Origin: Glaucostegus cemiculus
Taxonomy: Eukaryota
Assembly (NCBI GenBank): GCA_976551045.1
Contig: CDPCPM010000370.1
Location: 2,232,001-2,296,000, forward strand
Direction: 5' to 3'
DNA: 64,000 bases
Below, piece by piece: positions 53,274 through 64,000 of this stretch. A program made the translations under genes and the position numbers. Positions within the stretch are counted from its first letter, which is position 1, and every line of letters begins with the position of its first letter. The notes below the pieces were generated by a model. The model worked only from the letters and a program-made list of their open reading frames with translations, did not search any database and was not told where the DNA came from.

Positions 53274-54080
53274 GGGCTCAGAGCGCAGTAATACACGGCC
53301 GAGTCTCCCAGCTGGGTTTCAGACACAGTCAGTGGGACCGTACCCTTTGAATTATCGAGATCCGCCGTGAAACGTTGTCCAAGGAACTTCTTTCCGTCCC
53401 CGTCGAATTTCGTCCTGCGCAACAGAAGCTCCAGGCAACCGCTTGGATACTGACGGTACCAGATTAGTGCAGGGGTGACTGTGCTTGTAGCTGTGTAATT
53501 ACAGTTCAACTGCGCATCATCCCCTTCAGTCACGGTTGTCGCAGCCGGTGTCTGAGAAACAGCGTTGCCGCGACAATGTCCTGAAAGAGTTCGGAGAGCA
53601 CTTCAATCAAACAATATCACCTTACTCTCACTGACGCTCTGAATCACCCCTTGCACTGACTTGAGGGAGAAAATCAAACAGAAGTGTTGATCCTCTGCAT
53701 ATCAGTAAGGGTGGAGGTAAAAGCGCAATGGTCGGCTGAATGAAATTATTTTCAAAACATTTCTGACCCTTTTCATCATAGTCTACTTATCTGCATTACG
53801 TCTCAGATGGAAAAGGACACATCGCTTGCCCGTCTAGGACACAAGCAAGTCGACCTTGCATTGACCTGGATCCTTCAATAAAACGTACTCACGATACTTT
53901 CCGGACATTTGGATTTGTGCCCCGACGTTCCTACGCTCCGATTGATAGTATTGCATTCATTGAATTGACAGAAAATATCCTGGCCGACACGCTTGTGAAC
54001 CACAATATTGGACACGTCGTGAACTTACCGAGAAAGAGCGCTGCTGCTGCGAGAATCGAATAAATGGATCTGGTCGGCAT
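53274..54080 (-). CDS. TRAV/TRDV: TCR alpha/delta-type V segment B3, open frame (leader 54080-54029, V exon 53580-53274)
   Basis: Leader MPTRSIYSILAAAALFL, canonical splice sites, V ending DSAVYYCALS. Extra Cys in FR2. Confidence 0.92.
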
Positions 54081-55091
54081 GTTTGTTGAACGTTTGTAGC
54101 GAATTTGAACGCAAATAATATCACTGTGAAGTTCGTCGGAATCAGATGGTCGGACATCTGAACTCATTATTGACATCTGAACTCATTATTGATTGGGTTG
54201 TTGCTGACAGCGTCATATCCGCTCGACACAATGCTCTTTTCTTCTCCAACTCTCCCAATCAGCTCTGTTTCTCAATCCCTCCAATCGCTCACTGCTGCTC
54301 AGTTCATCAATCCAACGAATCAACTCAAAGCTCCTTTGTTTTCTGTTTATTGCCGTTACAGATGGGGCGAGACCGGAAGTAAATTATTTCCTCCGTGCTT
54401 CAGATAAATGCAAGAGACGAAGACAAAGAAAACAGAACAACAAGATATGTCATGGAATCTCGGAGGAAAAGAAAAAGGGAACATTGTCCCCTTCTACCAA
54501 GACTGAAACTAAGAGGTGGGTGCCTTCTCTAAGTGAGAAACCACCATTTTGCACTACTTTAAGGAGGAAGACCTTCACTCAGATATATAGGGCACCCTCC
54601 GTCGGCTTCAGATTCTTTGACATTTTTAGTAATCAAGATTGAGAATTAAAAAGAACCATAGTGTCAGAGATTCAAAGAATCTCACTGCACACAACGGACC
54701 CTCCAGCAACACGTCTATGCTCAATTTATTGCCAATCAACCCCAATCACCCCTTTCCACATTCGGTTTGTATCCTTTTTTGCTTTGCCGAATTAAGACCC
54801 TGTCAACATGCGGCTTTAATGCAGTAATTGTACCTGGCAGCCTGTTGCCGATATCAACCAATCCCCGTATGCAAAAACACTTGCCCGTCAGATCGCGTTT
54901 CTAACTTTTTGCTCTCAACGTAAACTTATGCCCATTTGCTTTGAGTCAAGGATGTGCAATCAGAGGAAAAAATGGTTTTCCGCTCCATTTATGACTCTGC
55001 TAATCTTGCACTCTTTAATTCAGTCACTTTGCAGCTCCATGCGTTTCAGGGAAAGCAAGCACAGACCATTTAATCTCTCCTCATAACTGAA

Positions 55092-55123
<32 letters not shown>

Positions 55124-58100
55124 CTCTATCTAGCAATCTATCTTTCTANNNNNNNNNNNNNNNNNNNNNNNNNNNNNNNNNNNNNNNNNNNNNNNNNNNN
55201 NNNNNNNNNNNNNNNNNNNNNNNNNNNNNNNNNNNNNNNNNNNNNNNNNNNNNNNNNNNNNNNNNNNNNNNNNNNNNNNNNNNATCCATCTACCTCACTT
55301 TCTCACCCCACCTCCCACGTATGAGCGGCACCTGCCGAGGATTCCCAGCGCTTTCTATTTCTTTTTTTTTTCCAGATTAGCAAATTGCTTTGTTTTTCGA
55401 CAGTTTTAACAACCACAAAGATTATATTCATCGTCATATGATACCGAGTCCATTCTTATCTTATATCGCTTACATTAGTCATTGACTTGTCTAATGTTTG
55501 CATTTTCTCGGCTTCATACATGTGCTAGCACCGCTGTTTAACCTCGCCACAGATGTCTCTCATCCACGCTAAACAACACGTCCTCGTGTCGAAGACTCTA
55601 CACCGCGGGAAGACCCCCATACCTCTCATCTGAAACAGTTGAATACACACAGAAGTTTTCTTATGTGTGATCACATGATCTGTACACGTTAACAGGCTAA
55701 TCCAGCTGTTGTTCGACGGATGCTCTCTGGACAATTTCGCTGAAAAATTGTTGTAAATTCAACACGTCAGAGAGCATATGTGCAGACAAGTGGATAGTTG
55801 ACGGTTGGGGTGGAGTCACTGCAACAGGCCAGAATTTGTAGTGGAGAGTTAGCTGAAGAAGTGGTTGGAGGGAACGGTGCTGCATGAGTAAACAGGAGAT
55901 AGGTGGTGCTATGAGCAAGGAGATAATGAACAGGTGGATCCAGTTGGAGTGCTGCTGACTGTTTGTTCTGTTTTTGTAACTCAGTGTAACAGATATCGCA
56001 GAGAGAGCCAGAACGAAGTGGCGGCTTGAGGGTAAAACGCATGTCGCAAATTCGTCCCTTAATCGCAACAACAAAATTCAAATCATTTGAACACGAGAAA
56101 ACGTCGCAAAACGATTCCCTGGAACATTGCGTCAATTGCATGCATGCAGAGAAGAATGGTGTTGTTCGGATTTAAGTGAAACATGCGTGCATTTTACCTA
56201 TTTCACGAACATATTTTCAATTAGGCCGAGGCTGCTGTGACGACAAAGACATGTCTGAACCTATCTCACTTCTGCATTTCTGTTCTCCCTTTCTCTTGCT
56301 TGTGCACATTTCCTTGTCTCCTGCACCGTGCCTTTCTTCAATCAGTCATGCAGACATTTGCACTTTCTGAGCCAATTGGCTGCAAACGGTTGCTGATTGC
56401 ATCAGCATGACGTCTGTCTTCCCTGTGTATTAGTTCACTCTCAGAACTACATGTGTTTTCCCTTTATGTTCACAGGCTTCAGTTCAGACTCACCTTCCCT
56501 CTGGTTCGTTTTCATTTTTAACTGAGAAGTGATCAGAACTTTGGCGAAATTCAGAACTCCAATTCAAATATGCCAACATACTCTCCACTCTGTGGTTGCC
56601 CGTGCATTATCGGCAGCAACCCCCAAGGGGTTGACAACAAAAAGGGATTTATTGTATTCAGACTCGATCAAAGGCTACTGCAAGCTCCATAATTCAATGT
56701 GTGGAAGAAGTTACTTGTTTTATGACATGGTCGTGCAGAACTCTGGAATAAATGGCTTGCACAAACTTCCGCTAACACAGGTAGTTTCCACATTTAAAGA
56801 CGCGCAACAATTTTCGCAATATTTGAAGCTCGTATTTTGATAGAACATGAGAAATACAGCTGATATTGTTCAAAATGCCAAAGAAACACAGTGCCTTCAC
56901 AAATAAAATACCAAAACTCAGTTGGAGGGAATAATTGGCAATCGTGTGAATTAGTTCGTTGGGTCCTGAACTGAACACCCATGAACTCCAGTCACTGTTC
57001 ATATCACATCAGTCCATGTTCTACCAGGTAAAATATTTTAATTGATCTATTCTCATAAATTAGCCGCAGCCTTTGTTCAGATTACACTCTTCAATATTAC
57101 ATTTAGCCCATGTTAAAGATATCTTATTTTATCTTATTTACACGCTATGAGTTATCAGACCCTAATACAACGTATTCAACTGTAGCTCAATTATCCCTAC
57201 ACAAAGTGAGTGATGATATTGTCGTGTTCCATTTTGCTCCAGGCCATCGCTGTTAATATTGTACGTTTCTCTATTGCATTCGCCACGGTCGTGATTAATA
57301 TTACAATATTCCCTACAAACGCAGAACAAGACTTCATTTACAGACCACCTAATATATCTTCTGTAAAATATCTGCTTATATCATGAGCGTTTTCATATCA
57401 GTGGACTTGGAGTACTTATTTCACCGTAGATTTTACAACTCAGGACTCCTACTGCAGGAGGATAAATCTTTATTTAAATCAATCAGGTTCTGAAGACATA
57501 TTGCAGAAAGTGTGTTCATGCTGCATCAGCCTCTGTTACACAGCGTCCAGGCATTGTTCCAATTACACGTCGCGCATAATCCCCTCCGGTTGTAATACAA
57601 CCGCTCTCCTTTGTTTGCATATCCATGGTCATTCCTCTATTTCAAATGCAAGTGCAAAGTAATTCTTGTTCGAATTCTAGTTACCTTCTTCTGGTTTCTA
57701 AGGTCCATACTGAGATCGCAAATCCGTGTGTTTCTCTGCACTGCTGTCAGGCCCATTGCTTCCCTAGTTATCGAGGATATCGTCTTTTAAGCACAATACT
57801 GTGTGAGCTGATGATGCACAAATTATTTCTGACACTTGAGCAGTCAGCTGTACAATTTTAGAAGCATAGAAACGTAGAAAATGCACAGCACGATTCAGGC
57901 CCTTCGGTCCACAAAGCTGCGGCGAACATTTCTGAGCAAAGAATAAAGGAGGGGCCGCCCTAAAAAGGTACGTCGTCATCGGATTGGTCAATGCAGCTAA
58001 TAATCATGAACTATGGACTCAAATTCGCATTCTTCTGTACCAGTGCACCGAAACTGTCGTCATCTGTGATCGGTCCCTCGCACTTCCGCAAGACCAGGTT

Positions 58101-58602
58101 ATAGTTGTTTAATAATCCATGGGAGGGCACTGCATCATCAACCGGAAGGAAACACTTGTTCAGACAAAAGCAAGTAAAATAATAAATTACCATGATAAGC
58201 AAATTTCAATGGATAATGAATTGTGGAAACGGGTGATATTTCCACAGAGCAGCACAATGGGATAAAATACATAACTTTTCAGAGTAAGGGTGAATATCCT
58301 GTATCTATCCTACAGTACGGACCTGGTAAACAAAACGATAGAATTTAACATGAACCGGTAAAACAACAAGGGAGAGTTGTTATCTATTTTTACAAGCGAG
58401 TGAATCTGAACTGGAATTCCTTGGCCGACTGGGCATTGACATAGATTCAGGAGTAACCTGCTAAAGGCAATTTGATCTCTCTGTTAAATTTGGGTAATAA
58501 TCCCAGGGGCACATATTGGATTTGGCACGAATGCAGAGACTGAGATCCGCCTGTGCTAACAAAGTTGTGTTTACTCGCTGATGCCTCTTGAGGTGTTCAT
58601 GT

Positions 58603-58641
58603 AGTTTTTGTACAGACTTGGCCCAGTTCTGTGACTCTGTG
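58603..58641 (-). other. 23-RSS of V B4
   Basis: CACAGAG - 23 nt - ACAAAAACT. Confidence 0.93.
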
Positions 58642-59357
58642 GGGTTCAGAGCGCAGTAATACATGGCCGTGTCTCCCAGCTGTGTTTGAGATACAGTCAA
58701 TGGTACCGTTCCCCTCGAATCATCGAGCTCCGCCGTGAAACGTTCTCCGGGTATCTTCTTGCCGTCGCTATCGAATTTCGTCTTGAGCAACAGAAACTGC
58801 AGGGATCCGCCTGGATACTGACGGTACCAGGTTAGCACAGGATTGTTCGTGATTGTAGCTGTATAGTTACAGTTCAACTGCGCATCATCCCCTTCAGTCA
58901 CTGTGGTCCCAGCCGGCGACTGAGAAACGGCGTCGCCGCGACAATATCCTGAAAGAGTCCGGTGCTCCATCAGTCAACCATTATCACCTTACTGTGCTCA
59001 CGACTCAGAATCACCCCTGATCCCTGGTACTGACCTGACCGGGGGGGGTGCGGTGGAAGTCCCTCCGCTTGAGACCAGTAAAGGTAGCAAAGTGGAAAAG
59101 AACATTACGCTTCCCCGTCAGGGACCCGGGAGGATCCGCCTGTAATTGACCTGGAAACGCCCCTGAACCCTTCTGTTATCACATGGATCTGGATCCACGT
59201 TCCTTTTCTTGCTCTTCAATTCCTACCCATCCATTGAATCTATTGCATTTCTGGAATATACTGACGCGCGTGTGAACTACATTATTAGAACTGTGGTGAA
59301 CTTACCAGTTAGGAGAGCTGCTACCATGAGAAACGAATAAATAGATAGGGCCGGCAT
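58642..59357 (-). CDS. TRAV/TRDV: TCR alpha/delta-type V segment B4, apparently functional (leader 59357-59306, V exon 58948-58642)
   Basis: Leader MPALSIYSFLMVAALLT, canonical splice sites. V: GYCRGDAVSQSP...WYRQYP...DTAMYYCALN. Confidence 0.93.
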
Positions 59358-59949
59358 GTTCGTTGCACGTTTCTAGTGAATTTGAACAGCAATGATCTTA
59401 CTCTGAAGTAAATCTTAATCAGAAGGTCGGAAGAAACTGACGTCTGGCTTCTCCATTGATTGGGTTGTTGCTGACAGAGTCATATCCGCTCAACACAAAG
59501 CTCTTTTCATCTCCAACCCCCCCCCCCCACCAATCAGCACAGTTTCTCCATCCCTCCAACCTTTCACTGAGTCCTTGTTCCTCAATCCAACCAATTAACG
59601 CAAAGCTCCTTTGATTTCTATTTATTAACGTCGCAGACGAGGTGAGACAGAAATAATTGTTTCCGCCGTATCAATGATTGAGCTGAATGTGAGATTGAGG
59701 CAAAGATATCAGAACCAGAACGAACTTCATAACCTCTAGGAGGAAAAGACAGAGTGAATATTTCCTTTTCTGCCAAGTCTGAAACTATGAGACGGGTATA
59801 CTCAGAGAGAAACCAAACACTTTGGACTCAGGTAAAGAGAAGCACCTTCATTGTGATATCTGGGTCACTCGAGGTCGGGTTAAGATTCTTTGCCGTTTAT
59901 GGTATTCAACAATGAGTCGACAAAAAGTCTTATCATCAAAGGGTCAAAG

Positions 59950-60500
59950 GGTCCTGACGGCTCTAAACGGATCCTTCAGCCAATACGTCCATGTCAACAT
60001 TTTTTGTCCAACTACTTCAATCCCATCTTCCCACATCCGGTCTGTAGGCAGTGCTTTGCCTATTTAAGCACCTGCTTTTCTGTCACTTAAATTAATCAAT
60101 TGTGCCCGATTACAGCACTGACTCTGGCAGAGCAATCCAGACATCAACCACACCCTTTGTTAGAATTAGTCATTAACGCTTCTGTTCCCCTTTAAAACAG
60201 ATTCCTCTCAATACTTAAACCGACGCCCTCTCGTATTTGAGACAAGGATCGACAAAAATTGGAAAGATGATGTTCTGCGCTCGTTATCTCTCTGAAAATC
60301 TTGCAAACTTCTGTCAGCTCGCTCTGCAGCTCGTGTCGCTTCAGGGTAAACAGGCCCAACCAATTCAATCTCTCCCGACAACAAAATTCCTCCAATGCAG
60401 ACAGCACGTCAGTGTATTTCCTCTGCACGATGTCCAGCGCAACCATGTAATTCCTAATCGAGTGGCTACCAGAATGGCACACAATACTCCAAAGGCGTGG
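59950..60500 (-). mobile_element. Old CR1 3' fragment (paralogous remnant at about 62730-63060)
   Basis: Minus ORFs VALDIVQRKYT...ERLNWLGLFTL and CVQFWSAVYRKDVVVLERVQRKFIRKLSGL. Confidence 0.7.
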
Positions 60501-63500
60501 AGTGTCATAATTAGGGTTGAAAATGAAGATGACATCACTGATTAGCCGTTATATCTCGAATGTCAGAGCCCATGGCAGAGCCCCATGGGATTCTTAATGT
60601 GAGCGCCCTCTGCTGACCATGCATGGTTACTCTTGGGGGTGGTCTGTCACAGAGCAACATCAGATCCCTGCAACAGTGCACCTTATCACATGTTCACTGC
60701 AGAGTCAGGGGTCAAAGATTTGTTAAGCTCAGAGGTATTGATTTGTCTTAAATTTAAACATAAACTAGTGGCTATTAAGTCTTAGATAAGCCCTTTTTGA
60801 AATCTGGATACAGATTTAGTTCACCCATGGATTTGAAGTAATTACCTCGGTTATCTGACATGCTGACGATACATGAGTGCAGTTCGCACAGAACAGCTAG
60901 CATTTAACTTGCAAGTTAGATTGACATTACTGCCCTCTTGTCCCTTAAGTTCGAGATCCTGATATTCCACTGAGTCCTCACGGCCCCATTCTAAAATAAG
61001 CAAGAAGATAGAAATTATCATCATCAATATTACTTATCAAAAAACCTGGTAATTTCCTCCATCTCGCTAACAGTTGTCGGTGCGAGAATGGAAGGCTTAC
61101 CGAGAAGTTAGATGATGATTAGAAGCGGCATGACACCGTTCGACACAACACTCCCTGTGTCCGTAACGCCAAAGTCCGCCACATCCTCGGTCGATGCACA
61201 AATACAGATTCCCACCTCTACTGCCATGTGGTGCCAATAAAGGATAAACAGGGGGCGGAGGCAGCAATATCTCTTCAAAAGCATGACAGTTTGATGAAGA
61301 ATTGAACCTGTGGTCTGAACCAGCAAAGTAAGTAGAGGCAAAAGTAAGTAGAAAATGGCTCTTCGAAATAATGGACCGTGTGACAGAATCTCCATGGGTA
61401 TGATCCGGAAAGGTAAAGCAAAAGCGATATATTACATTGGGAGGTGAGTAAAGTTATATCTCAACGAATGCTGGAAAGAGAACTGAAAAGCATGATGACT
61501 CGTCAGAAATGCTCCCCACGCAACATACCAAAAGAGAAGTCGCATTGTGTCACTCCTTACTGCAAAAGCGGCCGGAGACATTGATGCTGCATGATCAGAA
61601 GCCATCCGCCATTCATCCTCTTTCACGGCTCAGGTTATAATCATGGAGAAACCTTGTGCAGCACAGGCGCTCTGCAAGCGGTAGGTGCGAACTCACTGCA
61701 ATTGAACGGAAACATCTGGACGTAGGAGACTGAGGATACCCTTCGCTCCATGAACCATTCAGGCAAATCTACTCTGTATCCTCTGAAGGATGCGGAAACA
61801 TTCCTGAAATATAATACCGGAAATGGTTGTAAGTATTGATGTGGCCCAACTAGAAGTAGTGCAATCCTCGCTGCCAATGTTCGACAAGCATATCAGGTTC
61901 AGATATGATGGAAATCAAACGATATCTGAATAGAAAATGAAACTGGTGCTGGAGTGTAAGCCAGCCACCGTGTTATGGGTCGATGCAACAGAATAGAATG
62001 CAGAATAGACTAGTACCTCTGCCATATTGTTCTTCTACGATTTGAATTGCTCTCGATTCTTCCCAGTGAGTTGATATCCTACCTAATTTGGATTTGCAAA
62101 ATCGGATCCAACACAGCAACAAAGGTAAATTAGAGTAACTAAGATAAATACAATACTGTGTGTGGTATTGATCCACAGAACTGTTTCCCGAAGTTTAAGC
62201 TGTCAGCTGTGCAGTTTTTAGCAAACAAGAAAGGAAGTTCTGTCCTGCAAAGAACGTCCTTTTCCGATTGATTAATGCAGCGAACAAGGATGAACCGTGG
62301 ATTAAATATGCATTCTTATGATAATAGTGCACCCAGCCGCTTGTCACATGAGATCGCTGTCTCGTACTTCTGCAAGGTGAGGTGGCAATTGTGGAATAAT
62401 CCACACAATTGCACCGCGTCATCGATCGGAAAGAAAATAAAGTTAAGACATAGCACGCAGAAGAACCAATAAACACGTTAAGTAAATTGCAATGATCAAA
62501 AAATCGTTGAAAGTAGTGTGCTTCCGCATGACAATATATACACACAGCAGTATGCCCGGCATAAATTTTATCATTTTCAGCGTCAGGAGATATGTCCTGT
62601 ATGCATCACACTGCAGGGACCTGGTACGCAGAGAATTGGCTCGTTTCAGAAACAGGGCAAACAATAAGGCAAGGCTTGTGCTTTATTTTGCCGATCGAGT
62701 AAAATGAAACTGAAATTGCCTGGCCGTATCTCTTGCCCTTCAATTCGCCTTTAAAATTTATTCCACTCAAATCAAACCTATGCCCCTTTTTTTTTGTGCC
62801 AAGGATGGTTAAACTTAGGAAAACATATTTTTTAACCTATTTATGATTCTAATAATCTTGCATCCTTCGATCACGTCACTTTGCAGCCTCTTTTTTTTCT
62901 CCAGAGAAAGCAAACACAGTCCATTTCATCTCTCCTCACAATTCAAGTCTTTTAATCCAGACAACTTCCTGATGAATTTCCTCTGCACTCTCTCCAGCAC
63001 AACCACATCCTTCCGGTAGACGGCCGACCAGAACTGCACACAACACTCCAACGTTGAGAACATGAGCCGAATCCTGAAGTGTGATACTTGGGGTTGAAGA
63101 TAAAGACATTTGGGATCACACATAATAAAACGAATGGCGGAGCAGACGCGAGGCTTTCCACTGCAGCTCTTCGTGGGAGCTCCCTCTGCTGGCCACTCAT
63201 AGAAACGTTTTGGGAGTGTCTTTCCACAGACACACATCAGATCCCTGCAAACGTGCTCTGTTCTCACCATATGTTAACAGCACAGTCAGAGATCCACGAT
63301 TTGTTATGTAGAGGTGAAAAGGATTTGGTGAGTCTATTTGAAATAGGAGTTAATCGGTTTATGAAATCCGTATTTCTATTTAATTCACGCAAACACCTGT
63401 GTCCTTCTACAGGTTACCGACAAAGTGAACTCCACTGGACTACTCCAGAAATCCATCCACGGATTTTAGTGACAAACACAGTTACTGTCTTTCATCCATC

Positions 63501-64000
63501 GACAGAAACAAAACAGGCTGCCGTCTCTTCTTGTTCTCTCTCTCCATCTCCATGTGACGTGAGTCAATCGGTTTTCTGACCCTCTGACAGCACCAATGTA
63601 CAGCTGATGTAGAACGGCCCGTATTTATATTGCATGTTAGGTCGAGATATTCCCCTGAGCCCTCACGTCCCCATTCCAACAAAACAAAATCGTAGAGATT
63701 ATCGTCATCAATATTAATTAACATTTGGATTCACTGAGTCACCCGGCATCGTCCAATTCCATCTTGTCTCTGTTACATTAGCAATTGACCGGTCTTCTTG
63801 TTTGCATTTTCTCGGCTTCACTCATGTCTTTACACTACAAATCAAACTCCCTTCAGATTTCTCTGCTCAGGATAATAGTTCACATTCACCAACACATCTG
63901 CGCATCCAAGATTCTTCACCCCGGGAAGAACCCTGCCTCTCATCTGAAATATTCTAATCCACACACGTATTTACGTCATATGATGACATACGTTGTGTTC

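Larger units (their letters stand above)
42300..64000 (-). repeat. Tandem 3.8-5.4 kb duplicated cassettes of V family B (four with a V, one V-less)
   Basis: ATGs at 44818, 50250, 54080 and 59357. Long collinear flanks, e.g. 47990-49040 / 51830-52900 / 57190-58270. Confidence 0.88.

Noticed and set aside
9540-59357. IgH V, IgNAR, NAR-TCR or TAILV identity
   Set aside because: All segments have their own leaders, TCR-like WY(R/L)Q and YYCA(L/I) motifs, no promoter octamer and no adjacent D/J cassette. Alpha versus delta usage cannot be decided from this window.
1-64000. CRISPR array or other prokaryotic system
   Set aside because: The sequence is vertebrate (spliced genes, LINEs/SINEs), and no regularly spaced repeat-spacer array is present.

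Overview
Vertebrate genomic DNA, most likely a cartilaginous fish (inferred from the V-segment sequences, a GPR139-like receptor and CR1/Rex1/V-SINE/Penelope repeats). The window is part of the V-segment array of a T-cell receptor alpha/delta-type locus. Ten two-exon (leader + V) segments are present. Nine carry a full 23-spacer RSS and one keeps only a remnant. Family A lies on the + strand at 9.5-37.5 kb: three apparently intact segments and three pseudogenes. Family B lies on the - strand at 44-59.4 kb: four apparently intact segments. The two families converge across a boundary at about 41.6-42.3 kb, and I found no D, J or C segment. Both families sit in 4-8 kb tandemly duplicated cassettes, and two further cassettes have lost their V gene. 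A GPR139/142-like GPCR exon lies at 1.26-2.17 kb. I found no wholly new biological system. The most interesting signals are the convergent V arrays, a conserved E-box/RUNX module 3' of family-A RSSs, an ETS-palindrome/CCAAT/CRE-like promoter in family B, CTCF-like sites, a V with a deletion through its heptamer, and a templated inverted insertion. All alignments were made by eye.
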